Shown here piece after piece: positions 49,548-63,368 of a stretch of 64,000 nucleotides of DNA; position 1 is the stretch's first letter, and each line of letters begins with the position of its first letter. A model generated the notes under the pieces. That model did not search any database. It was not told the DNA's origin and saw only the letters and a program-made list of their open reading frames with translations. Source of the stretch: Octopus sinensis (lineage: Eukaryota). The stretch covers positions 22,754,001 to 22,818,000 of the forward strand of contig NC_043008.1 in the NCBI RefSeq assembly GCF_006345805.1. The letters run 5' to 3'. Made by a program: the position numbers and the translations under genes.

Positions 49548-51357
49548 ATAAATAGGAGTATTTTTGAGTGAAATTTTCTACAAACGCCTTTCAGATGGTG
49601 TAGATTACAATTATATCAAAATTTAATAAGTGAAACAAAAATTGGTGGGTGCACACATATACATACTGATACACATCACATATGTGATGGTATGATCATG
49701 TGATGACTGTAACCAAACTGTGCTGGTATGGTCAGAGACTGAGACACCTGGTGGCTTGCTGTGCTTGAGAAGATATGTCACGCTGAGTGATATCATGGTT
49801 GTCCTTGCACACAAGCATATCCCCTATATCCCTCCTCATCTGAGCATTCCTAATCTTGTTGTTGTTAAGCAACAAGACAGGTAAGGGTGATTAGGTGATG
49901 GGCTAAGGCTTAGGGGTGGGAGACCCCAGACCTTGGAAAAAAAAAAAACCTTGGAAAAAAAAAAAACTTTGGTCATCTTATCGTGGTCGAGGGCTCTTCG
50001 TTGACGCCCGACACCACTGGGAGGTGGCCCTCGAAGTCGCTGGAAATGGAGATCTCCAGGTCCAAAATTCTTGGACAGCTTCCTAATCTTGTGGACCCAT
50101 GGGTGCTGGTGCCATGTAAAAAGCACTCATACTGGTTTCACGTAAAAGTGCTCACACTGGTGCTGCATAAAAGCAACCAGTACACTCTGTGAAGTGGTTG
50201 GCGTTAGAAAGGGCACCTAGCCATAGAAACCAATCCAAAACAGACATAGGGTTCAGATAGTTCTTCAGCTGGTCAGCTTTTGTCTAACTGCCCAACCCAT
50301 ACCAGTAAGGAAAATGGATATTAAATGATGATGATGATGATGAAAGTCATCATCATCATCATCATCGTTTAACGTCCGCTTTCCATGCTAGCATGGGTTG
50401 GACGGTTCTACTGGGGTCTGGGAAGCCAGGAGGCTGCACCAGGCCCAATATGATCTGGCAGTGTTTCTACAGCTAGATGCCCTTCCTAAGGCCAACCACT
50501 CCGTGAGTGTAGTGGGTGCTTTTTACATGCCACCGGCACGGAGGCCATCTGAAAAAATTGTGATATGCATCAGAATATATGTGTGTATGTCTACCATTTT
50601 TTCCTTCCACATTAAATTCCAGCATAATCATAATCGATACAACCTGAAAGATATATATTTTTTTATTTTTTATAATTTTTTTAGTTGTTTCAGTCATTTG
50701 ACTGTGGACATGCTGGAGCACCGCCTTTAGTCGAACAAATCAAACCCCAGCACTTGTTCTTTGTAAACCCAGTACTTATTCTATCGGTTTCTTTTGCTGA
50801 ACCACTAAGTGACGGGGAGGTAAACACACCAATATCAGTTGTCAAGTGATGGTGGAGGGGTAAACAGACACACTAATACATACACACACACACGCACACA
50901 TACATACACACACACACATACACTAGCAGAGAGATACCCGGCCTTGCTCGGGCTTAAAATGGCTAAGTTTTTTTTATTGTTTTACTTGTTTCAGTCAATG
51001 TGACAGTGGCCATGCTGGGGCACTGCCACCGGTTGAACAAATCAACCACAGGATTTATTCTTTGAAAGCCTAGTACTTTTTTTTATCAGTGTCTTTTGCC
51101 GAACCACTAAGTTATGGGAACGTAAACACAACAACATTTGTAGTCAAGGAATGATGGTGGGGAGGGTACAAACACAGACACACACACAGAGAAATATACA
51201 CATATATACGACAGTCTTCTTTCAGTTTCCGTGTACGAAATCCACCCAAGTTAGGGTGCTAAAACCACATGTTATGTGTTGAGGACTAAAATCCCTTTTG
51301 CATGAGTAATATGGTGGATAAGAAGTCCTGATTTTTTAAGTAAGTTGAGGCTCACAT

Positions 51358-51622
51358 GCGCCGCCCCGACTGGCCTCCGTGCCGGTGGCACGTAAAAAGC
51401 ACCATCCAATCGTGGCCGTTTGCCAGCCTCGTCTTGCACCTGTGCAGGTGGCACGTAAAAAGCACCCACTACACTCACGGAGTGGTTGGCATTAGGAAGG
51501 GCATCCAGCCATAGAAACACTGCCAGATCAGACTGGGCCTGGCGCAGCCTTCGGGCTTCCCAGACCCCAGTTGAACCGTCCAACCCATGCTAGCATGGAA
51601 AATGGATGTTAAATGATGATGA
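51358..51622 (+). mobile_element. RTE LINE 3' fragment
   Basis: RTE 3' UTR with a (GAT)n tail. Similar fragments lie at 35310-35526, 50345-50547, 56034-56350 and 60225-60665. Confidence 0.85.
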
Positions 51623-51924
51623 AAAGACTGATATAAGATCCTGGACCTTCTATAAGAGTTTAAGGTTAACTTAACGTAAATCTGAACTCCAAAGTATTCG
51701 CAAGTTAAGAGGAGGTGAGGAGGTATACTGAGAAGTTAAAACTTGTATGTAAGTAGTATGTATAAATGGAGTTGGATTGTAAGTAAGTATATCTATGCAG
51801 GAAATCCTGAATTGAAAATGCTTGAGAAATAAAGTGCACTTCCCTATTTAAAATCTGAAACGCTAAGGAATTAAGACAATGAATTGAAATAACAAGTTTT
51901 AGCAAATCAAAGCAATGCTAAATT

Positions 51925-52256
51925 GGGGAAACCCCCTTCGGTCATGAATGACCATAGGATTGCACCTAGAATGTTACCCTCCCAGGTACAAGTCCGGGCA
52001 AGATTATTTATGGAAGGCCAGCAGTCGCCCATGCATACCAGCCTCCCCTCTCTGCACCACCGATGTTATCCGAGGGAAAGGCAAAGGGGCCAATACAGCT
52101 TGGTACTAGTGATGTCGCAACTCATTTCTACAGCTGAGTGAACTGGAGCAACGTGAAATAAAGTGTCTTGCTCAAGAACACAACACGCAGCCCGGTCCGG
52201 GAATCGAACTCACAACCTCACGATTGTAAGCTCTACGCTCTAACCACTGAGCCATA
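51925..52256 (-). mobile_element. SINE family C (tRNA head, Nin/Deu-like core)
   Basis: Minus strand reads tggctcagtggttagagc...gagttcgattccc, then gtgttcttgagcaagacact...cactcagctgt. A plus-strand copy lies at 56447-56775. Confidence 0.8.
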
Positions 52257-52902
52257 CCGTTAATAAGAGGTCTCCTTATAGCCATGAAACATTTTTTTGT
52301 CAAATTTCGACATTTTTCAAAAATTTTAAATCTATATTAACGAGTAGGACCAATTTGACAAAAAAAAAAAATGAGCTGAGTCTGATAGCGAATCTGTCTC
52401 ATTGTTATTTTTGTGCATGGGTGTAAAATGGTGAAATTTTACGCTTTAGGGTAGATTTCGTGAAATCGACGTCATGGCAGCTAGTGCACAAAATGCCTAA
52501 ATTGGGTTTGAGAAATAAAATGCACTTACCTATTTGAAACCTGAAACGCTGGGGGAATTAAAACAACAAATTGAAACACTAAGTTTTAGCAAATCAAAAC
52601 AATTCGTATTGATATGAAGAATTAGTAAATACTGAATAGATTACTGTTAATAAGCTGTCTGTTTATACCATGAAACATTTTTCGTCAAATAGATGTCACG
52701 GTGGCTAGTGGGAAAAATGCCAAAATTTTATGATATTTAAAAAATCAATGTTGATTAAAAGTCGATTTTTAAAAAATTCCAAGTGCATAAGCCACCACAT
52801 GGGTAATAAGCCCCCCACACATGCTAAGCTTCATCAAGGTCTGTTGGATAGTCTTGTAGGAGTTAAAGTAACAAATTCACTAACTTGCCATTTATTATTA
52901 TT

Positions 52903-53180
52903 ACTAGCAGTATAGCCCAGCGTTGCTCGGGCTTGTTTTCTTTTCGACCCTTTAGAATTGGAATTTTTGAAAAGTAAAAATTTCGCATTATGTAGCTTGT
53001 TATTCTCTTTAAGTGAACATTTTTCTGGTTGAAATACACCGAAAAATGACGACACAGCAGTCAAAACATCGTGAAAAATAGGGATTTTCATAGAAAAAAA
53101 GCACCTTTTTGATGTAGATAATTTTTGGTGTTAACATGGTCTGATTTGAATTTTTTCTTCTACAGAAAGAAGAGCAAGCC
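52903..53180 (-). mobile_element. Non-autonomous Helitron, 3' part
   Basis: Has the CTAG end and the gcccagcgttgctcgggc hairpin, matching 9912-10180. Confidence 0.75.
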
Positions 53181-55161
53181 TTTTGACCCATAGACAAAAA
53201 AATGGTTGAGAACCTCTGCGTTAAGTGAACCATGTAATCGAAATTCTAAAGTGGAAGTGAACTGTACAGATTATGTAATGATTCATTTAAAATGCATTTG
53301 AACACCTGCTTTACTTGTGATAAGCACACCCATTTCTCTTCCACCCTCATTTGATATGTTAAACCAGATTTTTAGTAACTATTCAAGCTATGGAACTGCC
53401 ACTTCTAGTATTATGTGCCTTAGATATATACAAAATACTACCAATGATAGAAAACAATCTATTAAACCTGGTACTCAACTTTATTATCTTTCAAGTATCT
53501 GTGTAATCACCCTCTCAGTGGCTGACTATATTTGTGATGTAAAGTCCACTGAGGTCGACTTTGCCTTTCATCCTTTCAGAATTGATAAATTAAGTACCAG
53601 TTGCATACTGGGGTTGATCTAATCAACTGGCCACCTCCCCAAATTTTGGGCCTTGTGCCCAGAGTAGAAAAGAACATCTGAAATGGTTCAAATTGTGCAA
53701 CTACATAAAATGGCTTTCTTTTTGCCTTGTGTAGCTTTTAATTTATAGTTAGTTGGTGGTGGAGTTTCTACAAGAAACCATTAGATCAAACAGTGCTGGA
53801 AGGCTATAGTTACATTACACACCTATGTACATGCAGTTTGAATTTTAGAGATGACAGAGAGTTGGTTGAAGAAGATGATGACTACAGAGAGGCAGGTCAA
53901 AGAATTCTAGAACAGCACTCTCCCCACCCTCTCTCTCTCATACATGTGACTTATTTACTTAATCTAAAGATTATAATGGTTATTATTATTTTAAGGATAA
54001 TAAGGTGGCGTGCTGGCAGAATTGTCATAACGCCAGGCAAAATGCTTAGCAGTATTTCGTCTGCCACTACGTTTTGAGTTCAAATACCGCCGAGGTCGAC
54101 TTTGCTTTTCATCCTTTTGGGGTCGATTAAATAAGTACCAGTTACGCACTGGGGTCAACATAATCCGGTTGTCTGTCCTTGTTTGTCCCTTCTGTGTTTA
54201 GCCCCTTGTGGGTAGTAAAGAAATAGGTATTTCATCTGTCACTATGTTCTGAGTTCAAATTCCGCCAGGGTCGATAAAATAAGTACCAGTTGAACACTGG
54301 GGTCAATTGCATTGACCGGTCACCACCTCACCCAAGCTGCCCTTGTGGGAAAAAAAATTTGAAATTATTATTATTTTGGGGACAATTTTGCTGCTAATTT
54401 TCAACAAGTCAATCAACTCCACTGAATTCCTCTAAATATTCCATAGAGTGGTCATGTTTCAAAGACACAAATGAACTTAGGCTTGTGTGGATACCTGGTT
54501 GCTATTTTGAGCATACAAGGTGTGCACGCACGCACAAAGGTAGTATATTTTTGCCCACTGTCTCAGAGCGAAAGGCTTTAAATTAGTAAATTTCAATGAC
54601 AGCACTGTTAGGTAGCCAGCTAGCCAGTAAAAGTAGCAATTAAGGAAAGCTAGCAAGCTTGCTGCGGCTGATGCTATTACAGAATAATACATGTAGAGGA
54701 AAAGCTACTGTGTGTGTGTGTGTGTTTTCCTCCAAAATTTATTGATTTCGGTCAGAACCAGAATTTGCTATTTGTTTACATTGGTGTTAGACAAATAAAT
54801 TCTACAGCATACTAAAATAATCTAATTCCATGTGAAAATAGCAGCTTTTTTAAAATCAAGGAAAAAAATATTACATTAAAATCTGGTTGTAAATAAATTA
54901 CGTATATTTGCTTTCCATTTATGCATACTTTTAGTTAAACTGTAGTCTGTTTGCTTTAATTTAACCTTCGTTTTTTTGTTGTCAGATGTTTACCTAACAC
55001 CCTATCCACAGAACCTGAACATTTTTGCAGATTTTAGCATGAACTCAAAACTATTTTATTTTTTTCATTTCAAAGGAGATGCTCTATTTTTCATAATCTG
55101 TCAGCCAAGATATAAAGTCAGCATTCTGTCCCACAACCTATAAATCTGACACCTCAGTAAC

Positions 55162-55198
<37 letters not shown>

Positions 55199-55315
55199 TT
55201 ATGGAAATTATTGTATACAGTGCTCCGGTGCACCACAAAGGACAAATTTTAATTTAGTCGGCCTTTAAGACTACTAAACAAGACTTCTTACCACCAAATA
55301 AAACTACAATCCAAT

Positions 55316-55346
<31 letters not shown>

Positions 55347-56363
55347 TATTAGTCAGCTCATCTCTCACCTTTCACATCACTTTACATTGTTGTAGAGGGA
55401 AAATTGGGGGTGGATGGGGTGGATTGAAGATCATGACAAGCCTTTGTATGACCAGGGTTTTGATTCTGTGTTGAACCTATTCAACTTGACTCAGATACTA
55501 CAGGTAATATCCTTGGGGGCAGTCATCAAAATCACAGCTATGATTTCCAACAGGAAACTATTTTAGTCTGCACACATGCGCGCACACACCATACACACAC
55601 ACACACACACACACACTACCAACATAATTATCATTACAGCAAAGCAGCAACAGGATATACTATTAAACAAACAATAACATAATTTTATACATCAGGCCTG
55701 GTAGTAGCTACAGGTAACTTCAACCCTCCTGTGCTGTGCCTACCTCAAGTTACAAGACTTCGCACCTATGGAAGTTATAAGGTACAACCAGTTTCAGGAA
55801 AGCCAGTAATTTCACCCTTAAAGAAACTTGTATTGCATAGTTTTGAATTGTTAGCAATTTATGAAAGTATAGTTGCTTCCCAACTCAATGGCCAACTACA
55901 TTTTAGTTAAGACTAATGAATAAAGCTAACAATTTGAAAAGTTATCATCACATTATAAACATTCATGCATACATCTATTTGTAATGTGCATAATGTGGAG
56001 TGTGCGTATGTATGTATGTATGTATATTATATATCATCATCATCATCGTTTAATGACTGTTTTCCATGTAGGGTTGGATGGTTCAACCGGGGTCTGGGAA
56101 GCCAGGGGGCTGCACCAGGCTCCAGTCTGATCTGGCAGTGTTTCTACAACTGGATGCCCTTCCTAACACCAACCACTCCTTGAGTGTAGTGGGTGATTTT
56201 TATGTGCCACCGGCACAGGTACCAGGGGAGGCTGGCAACAGCCATGATCGGTTGGTGGTTTTTACATGCCACCGACACGGAAGCCAGTCAAGGCAGCGCT
56301 GGCATTGGCCACATATGGATGGTGCTTTTTACATGCCACCGGCACTGGTGCCTGGGTAGATGG

Positions 56364-56429
<66 letters not shown>

Positions 56430-56446
56430 GATATATAGATATGTGT

Positions 56447-56775
56447 GAAGGTGCATGGTTCAGTGGTTAAAGCATTGAGCTTACAATTGTGAAGTTGTGA
56501 GTTTGAATCCCGGACCGGGCTGCGTGTTGTGTTCTTGAGCAAGACACTTCATTTCACGTTACTCCTGTTCACTCAGCTGTAGAAATGAGTCGCGATGTCA
56601 CATGTGCCAAGCCGTATCGGCCCTTGCCTTTCCCTTGGATAACACTAGTGGCATGGAGAGAGGAGGCCGATATGCATGGCCGACTGCTGGTCTTCCATAA
56701 ACATCATTGCCCAGATTTGTGCCAGGGAGGGTAACTTTCTAGGTGCAATCCCAGGGTCAGTCATGACCGAAGGAG
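56447..56775 (+). mobile_element. SINE family C
   Basis: Reverse-complement homolog of 51925-52256. Confidence 0.8.
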
Positions 56776-57429
56776 TCTCAGCAGCAGTATATATATATAA
56801 ATGTGCAAGTGTATGCTTCTGTCATCAACATTAACATCCCACAGTAGTATATAGTCTATTTTGAATAAAAACATATAAAGTGGAGTCCTGGCATATTTTA
56901 AAAGTTAAATGAGATGTCTTTGATCTTAGGTCTATGAGGACTGACTTGAGACTAAACAGCCACGTTGCGTATGAATGGTAACACATAAATGTGGGACAGG
57001 TTGAAACCAAGGTATCAGTGGCGAGGCGGGGCTCGTGGGATCCGAGCTAAACCCGTCCCCCCACTCCATCCGTAACGTCTTCCGGTCTGTCCTATCATCC
57101 GATTTTTCGATTTTATTGTATTAAAATTTTTAATTCATCATATATGTAAAATCATCCGCTAATCTGACCCCAAAATCAGATTGTGTTGTCCCCTCTTTGT
57201 TCACCCCTTGTGGGTAATAAAAATCAACCATTACTACCATCTAAATCAATGCAATGCACATCAGCCCTACTATCAACCCACCAACTTTCCAATTCAACTG
57301 ACCACAAGCTGTATGCCAGTGTGTGTGTGTGTATGCATGTGTGTGTATGTTTGTGTATGAGTGTGTATGTGTGTATTTGTCATCAGATATGCAAGGGGTG
57401 AATTGCCTTTAAAATCAGGTGCCCCTTAA

Positions 57430-57605
57430 CCCTTTAGTGTTCGCATTATTCTGCCAAAATTAATGCTTCTTTATCCACATTGTTTTGAGCTAATCATGCA
57501 TTATCTTATAACTATGAGATTTTGATGTGGTAGCTGTTAATTTTTAAAACAATATTGTAGGGTTGGTGTGAGAGACCAGATATGGCCAGTTTAAATGCTA
57601 AAGGG
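57430..57605. mobile_element. piggyBac-type MITE
   Basis: Reads ttaa-cccttt...aaaggg-ttaa and is homologous to 25779-25998. Confidence 0.8.
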
Positions 57606-57844
57606 TTAATCTAACTGTTATCATACAGAACTTTCTCTTCCTCAGTCCGTCACCTTTTCATCTCATTTTCATTATTTTACATCAATGAGAATAAAACAAT
57701 TTTCTGTTCTCACAAAGCAAATCTTTCCTAGGTCAATATTTTTATTACATATTTGTTGTGGATAATTAATCACCATTGCTGTTGGATTTGCCTTTCAATT
57801 TAAGACGCCTGGAAAGAAGCTATCAAGTAAACCAAAAAGTAATA

Positions 57845-58410
57845 GCACGAAAAGGAACCACAAAGGGATTACATTGGATATTGAACTTGATGTTTTAAAA
57901 AGACTTGATGCAGAAGTAAAACTAAGCTATACAGCCATGATATTCATCATCATAAGTGGACTGGTAACACCCCTAGCATAGGCCACAAGGTTATGGTCAA
58001 ACTTGTGCTTGCCGAGTCTTCCGCAGCACAGCATATTTCCAGAGGTCCCGGTCACTAGTCATTGCCTCAGTGATTTTTACAATATCTACAGTGGGAACAA
58101 TATGTAACAACGGAGAGAAATTGATGTCAAGTGCCCAAGAAACTACTCAGCTAACTGCGCAGACCCTATTTTCCCCACAGATGTAATGTAATGCTTAAAA
58201 TGGAACAACTCTTGAATGTATGGATGAAGGATTAGAATCAGTGTAAAGTGCCAATAAATACGATGATAATTCAAGAAAAGCCATGATCATTTGCAGCAAA
58301 GGGAAAGTGAAACTTATAATGAAAAACTCTTTTTGGCAAGTAAAGGCTAGTTCGAAAGGCTTAAGAAGTGCATGACGGGTGAAAATGTGAGGGCTGATAC
58401 CAAAGCTGCC
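57845..58410 (+). mobile_element. Tigger/pogo transposase N-terminal relic (CENP-B-type HTH)
   Basis: Reads KRNHKGITLDIELDVLKRLD...STVGTICNNGEKL...MEQLLNVWMKD*NQCKVPINTMIIQEK...FLASKG*FERLKK, with stops and frameshifts. Confidence 0.75.
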
Positions 58411-59477
58411 ACTATAAGTCCTGGGGTCGATTTACTTGACTAAAGGCAGTGCTCCAGCATGGCCGCAGTCAAATGGCTGAATCAAGTAAAAAAGAGTATG
58501 CATTTACTCTTCAATATTCACAACTATCTTGAACAACCATCACATGACGAGTCAATAAGGGAGAGTCTCTATCTGGCCAACCAGCATGCTAGAAACAGCA
58601 ATGGAATCTTCTTCAGATCATACCCTCTTACTAGGGTCTTGCTTGATCATGACTCACTGTGGTTTTCTGCACATGGAAAGTTCCTCTCAATGGCACAGAC
58701 CAACTAGCAGCTGCTGATACATATAGGTCTCCCTTCTCCCTGTCACCGATGATGCTCATAGGACAAGTAAGGGTTGATACAGTATGGCACCAGTGCCATC
58801 GTGATTGTTGCTGTCAGAATGTATAGTGCAAGGCATCCTCTCAGAAAGTTTAACAGTTCTAACATTCCAATGCCCTAGATTGGGACTTTTTTTTTTTATC
58901 AAACCTAAAAGGATAAAAGGCAAAGTTGACTTAGATGGGATTTGAACTCAAAATGCAGAGAGCTGGAACAAGCAGTGAAGTATTCTATCCAACTTTCTAC
59001 TGACTCTACAAATCCACCACCACAGCCATAGCTTAAATATAGAGGATATTAGATAATACTGCTGCACATAGCCCTTAAAAAACAAAAAATGATGGTCACA
59101 GCTGGACTGCCTTTCATTAAAGGTCTACCAGATAAAGGTTAATATAGAGCTATACAACAACAGTCTTCATGAGAGCACTTAGCCAAATGGATAGCAAAAT
59201 AACGTATTATCTGATATACAAGTTAAATTTTCCAGACCAAGCTGTGCACTTAATATACTATGACAACTTTGGAGGACCAAGATCTCCATGTGAAATGCAG
59301 CAGGATTTGATAAGATAGTGACTGTGTTTGTATGTTTACACTACATGTTTTCACTATAAACTACATCGACTTGTATTCTGGAGAACTTTATAGACACAAA
59401 ATACTATCTCTGCCAAACATGCAAATGAAATAATCGAATGCTTGAAAGCTAAGTACATGGATTATTTCCAAAACAAA

Positions 59478-59705
59478 TACCTATTTCTTTATTACCCACA
59501 AGGGGCTAAACACAGAGGGGACAAACAAGGACAGACATAGGTATTAAGTCGATTACATCGACCCCAGTGCGTAACTGGTACTTAATTTATCGACCCTGAA
59601 AGGATGAAAGGCAAAGTCAACCTCGGCGGAATTTGAACTCACAACGTCACGACAAGCGAAATACCGTTAAGTATTTCGCCCGGCGTGCTAACGTTTCTGC
59701 CAGCT
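59478..59705 (-). mobile_element. SINE family B
   Basis: Reverse complement of 31688-31915. Confidence 0.8.
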
Positions 59706-61782
59706 CATACCATATAACTCAGGGTTCTTGGCAAAAATTCCCATGGGACAAAATACAACATACCTTTTGTCCTACAAAACATCTATGGTTAAAGTTTTTC
59801 CAACAAAGGGGTTTTACATTTTTTCCCCTTCCCTTTCAAAATATTGTTCAAGTGAAATAAAACACTTTTTAATGCTCATTCTTCATGTCTCAATAATTAT
59901 GTTCTCCTCAAAATTCATAAACTATAAACTTCTAATGAAATGGTTAATATGTGTATGCAATGGTTCAATAATTATGTCTTCCTTATTACAGCCTCATCAT
60001 ATATGCCAGCCACCTCCACTGCTGATTACATTACCTAGGTAACATAGCTAGATTACGTTACCTAGGTAATTACTTCTAACAAACGTTCCAGATAGTTGAG
60101 AGACAGTGTATCATAGGTTTCCTGGCAGCAGGCTAATTACTAAAATTTGTATAATTATTATATTGAATATTTTTTTTTATCCTTCTTCAGAAAATTTAAT
60201 TAGTACATATACCTTTGGGATTTTCATCATCATCATCACCATCATTGCCATCGTTTAACATCTGCTTTCCATGCTGGCATGGGTTGGATGGTTTGACAGA
60301 GAATTGACAAGCTGGGTTGCTGCACCAGGCTCCAATTTGATTTAGCAAGGTTTCTACAGCTGAATGCCCTTCCAAATACCAACCATTCCAAGAGTGTAGT
60401 GGGTGCTTTTTATGTACCATTGGAGCCAGTCAGGTGACACTGGCATCGGTCATGCTAGAATGGTCTTTTGACATGCCACCAGCACGGATGTCAGTCAGGC
60501 GGCACTGGCAACAGCCATGCTCGAATGGCACTTTTTACATGTCACTGGCACAGGTGACAGTCAAGCAGCACTGGCATTGGTCACACTTGAATGGTGCTTA
60601 TTATGTACCACTGGCACGGGTGCCAGTCAGGCGGGACTGGCATTGGCCACGCTTGAACGGTGCTTGTCTTACTTTATTATTAAGATGGTATGCTTTGACA
60701 GAGTGATGCATAAAATAGATAGAAATAATGGGTTAAATACATTTATATATTTATTTATTATAGGCTTACAGCTGTTTCAGATATGCATTTGGGTATAAAT
60801 CCTTAAATCCTTAAAAATGTTTTAGCCCGAAGGCTGCAGCCATGTTGGGGCACCACCGTTGAATGTTCATCATTAGAGCTTAACAATTGATTGATTGACT
60901 GAGGCTATAGGGAACTACTCCCCCAAAGTAGTCCTCCTCAGAACCAAAACAAACCAACTGCCAAAGAAAAAGAAAAGAAAAAGTGCCTATTTTAAACACA
61001 CACATACATACCATCCAGATAGAAGACTATCCTAGGTTACTGTGTCTGTTTTGGCAAGGTTTTTACAGCTGGATACCCTTCCTAATACCAACCATTCTGC
61101 AGAGTGGACCGAGTGCCTTTTTTGTGTGGCACCAGCACAGGTAAGGTCAGTTTGGCATGGTTTTCAGAGTTGGGTGCCCTTCCAAATGTGAGACAGAGAA
61201 ACAGAAATAGGTGTCTTGCTATAAAAGAGGTACATGGTTACCTGGCCAGAGAGAGGGGGGGAGAAAGAGAAGGCGAGTGAGAAGAAGAGAGAGAGGTACA
61301 AGAAAGAGGGCAGAAACGGATATTTAGTTACCTAGCCAGCAGGAAAAAGCAAGAGAAGATAAGAGATAAAGTGGTCAAGAATGAGGGCAGAAACAGGTGT
61401 GCTGCTGTAGAGGAGATACATATCTACCCAGGTAGAGGGAAGAGCAAGGGAAAAAGAGAGAGAGAGCGAGAGGGGGAACATCAAAAGTGCAAGTGAGAGC
61501 AGGAGAGAGATGGTGGTGAAGTGCACACAGGCCCATATAACAAAGTAGAGATTGTTTGTGTTGAAATGTGTTTCAAAACCTGAAACTGAAGTCAATAAAA
61601 TGATTGCAGTTTCAATGTAGCAAATCAACCCTTCTGATGTTACAACACATTTCCCACAGTGCCATACAGTGGAATTGAACTCTTCAACTACCCAGTCAGT
61701 CGTACCTGCATTCTTCAGCTAAACCTTCAAACCCCCCACTACACACACACAAGTCATAAGAGACAATCTTTAGAATCTAAAG

Positions 61783-62040
61783 CAGTGGTTACCAAACGTT
61801 TTTGGGGTTGCCACCCTCTTGACACCCAGGCCACATTCCTAGTGCCCTCACCCCAACTAATCATCACAAATGCAGACCCCTTTCTGAAGCAAATTCAAAG
61901 CAACTGCATTTTACAAATAAAACTTAACCTAATGAACCTTATTATTTTCTTGTTTTTACATGAATCACTACCCCATTATCACCCCACTTTTCTTCCAACA
62001 CTCCTTTGGAACTTTCTACTGCCCACTTTGGGAACCACTG
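61783..62040. mobile_element. hAT MITE (second family)
   Basis: TIRs cagtggttaccaaa / tttgggaaccactg, with TSD atctaaag at 61775-61782 and 62041-62048. Confidence 0.85.
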
Positions 62041-62214
62041 ATCTAAAGGAATGCCCACAGAAAAGCATGATTCGGATCTGGTGCACAGTAATTAAAGTAA
62101 ATGGGGGAAATGTTAAAAACTGGACAGGCCAAAGCAAAAGGAAAGAGAGGAGAGAGGAAAGAAGAGAGACAAAGAGACACAGACAAATATTAAGTTGCTG
62201 TTATATAATTTTAC

Positions 62215-62249
<35 letters not shown>

Positions 62250-62659
62250 TTGGGTGTTGTGTGTTTTGTTGGTTTCTGGAACTATCAAACAATAATAATA
62301 ATAATAATAATAATAATCCTTTCTACTGTAGGCACAAGGGAGGGGACTAGTTGATTACATCGACCCCAATGTTTCACTAGTACTTAATTTATCAACCCTA
62401 AAAGGAAGAAAGGCAAAGTCAACCTTGGCAAAACATGAACTCAGAACATAGCAACAGGCGAAAAACCGCTAAGCACTTCATCCAGCGATCTAAAGATTCT
62501 GCCAGATCACTGCCTTAACAACAACAACAACGGCGACGAGGATGATGATGATGATGATTCCTAATCTAGGCACTAGGCCTGAAATTAGGGGAGGAGGGGC
62601 TAGTTAATTTCATTGAACCCAGTGTTCAACTTTGATCTGAAGGTCCTTTGGAAGAGACA

Positions 62660-63130
62660 ACTCAACTGTTCTTGCCAATGCCCAGAGACAATCCTAGGCC
62701 ATCATCACTCGTCCCTTCAACTAGTCCCCTATAGAAATCTTGGGTTATTTTGCGGCAAACAGTTTTGGGTAGCTGATGCAATGCAGTGAGCGTGTGGCTA
62801 CACTCTAGATGCCAAATGCCTAATCTTGGTCTATGCTTGATCAATGACTGCAGCTCCATCAATGCAATGAGCTGCGGAAAAATGTGTCGCATGAAAGACA
62901 CTCACACCAAGTTTACTCTTGTTTTTGTTGCTGTCATTCACACCATTTCAGTGATTTAAACATTTCTGCAGGTGTGTCAGCTTCAAAGCGTGGCACTGCA
63001 TCATCAAGGATAGCATCTCGATACTACCACCAAGTGGGTGTTGGCAGCAGATGAATTTTCTGACCAGCAGAACTTGAACCTTCCATAAGAATTGGAAAAG
63101 TAAAATCTGGTTTCTTTGGACATGGTACAA
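62660..63130 (-). mobile_element. Highly degenerate RTE/BovB-like RT fragment
   Basis: Broken reading LDDAV..EADTPAEM...SSIDQD*AFGI resembles the RTE region downstream of YADD. Confidence 0.4.
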
Positions 63131-63145
63131 CAGCTAGGCAGTAGT

Positions 63146-63368
63146 ACTGGCAGAATCATTAGCACACCGGGTGCAATGCTTAGCGGTATTTCGCTTGTCT
63201 TTACGTTCGGGGTTCAAATTCCACCGAGGTCGACTTTGCCTTTCATCCTTTCTGGGTCGATAAATTAAGTACCAGTTACGCACTGGGGTCGATGTAATCG
63301 ACTTAATTCCTTTGTCTATCCTTGTTTGTCCCCTCTATGTTTAGCCCCTTGTGGGCAATAAAGAAATA
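63146..63368 (+). mobile_element. SINE family B with 10-bp TSD
   Basis: TSD aggcagtagt at 63136-63145 and 63369-63378. Confidence 0.85.

Noticed and set aside
52180-52256. tRNA gene
   Set aside because: A and B boxes are present, but the sequence continues into a SINE body found in multiple copies and has no complete cloverleaf.
54477-54692. ORF containing WLAGYLTV, reminiscent of the SLC35A4 uORF microprotein
   Set aside because: The match is only about 4 residues, the downstream conserved motif is absent, and there is no splice support.
61659-62354. 231-aa ORF, the longest non-RTE ORF
   Set aside because: It spans a hAT MITE and (ATT)n/(AAT)n repeats, starts at GTG, and has no domain signal.
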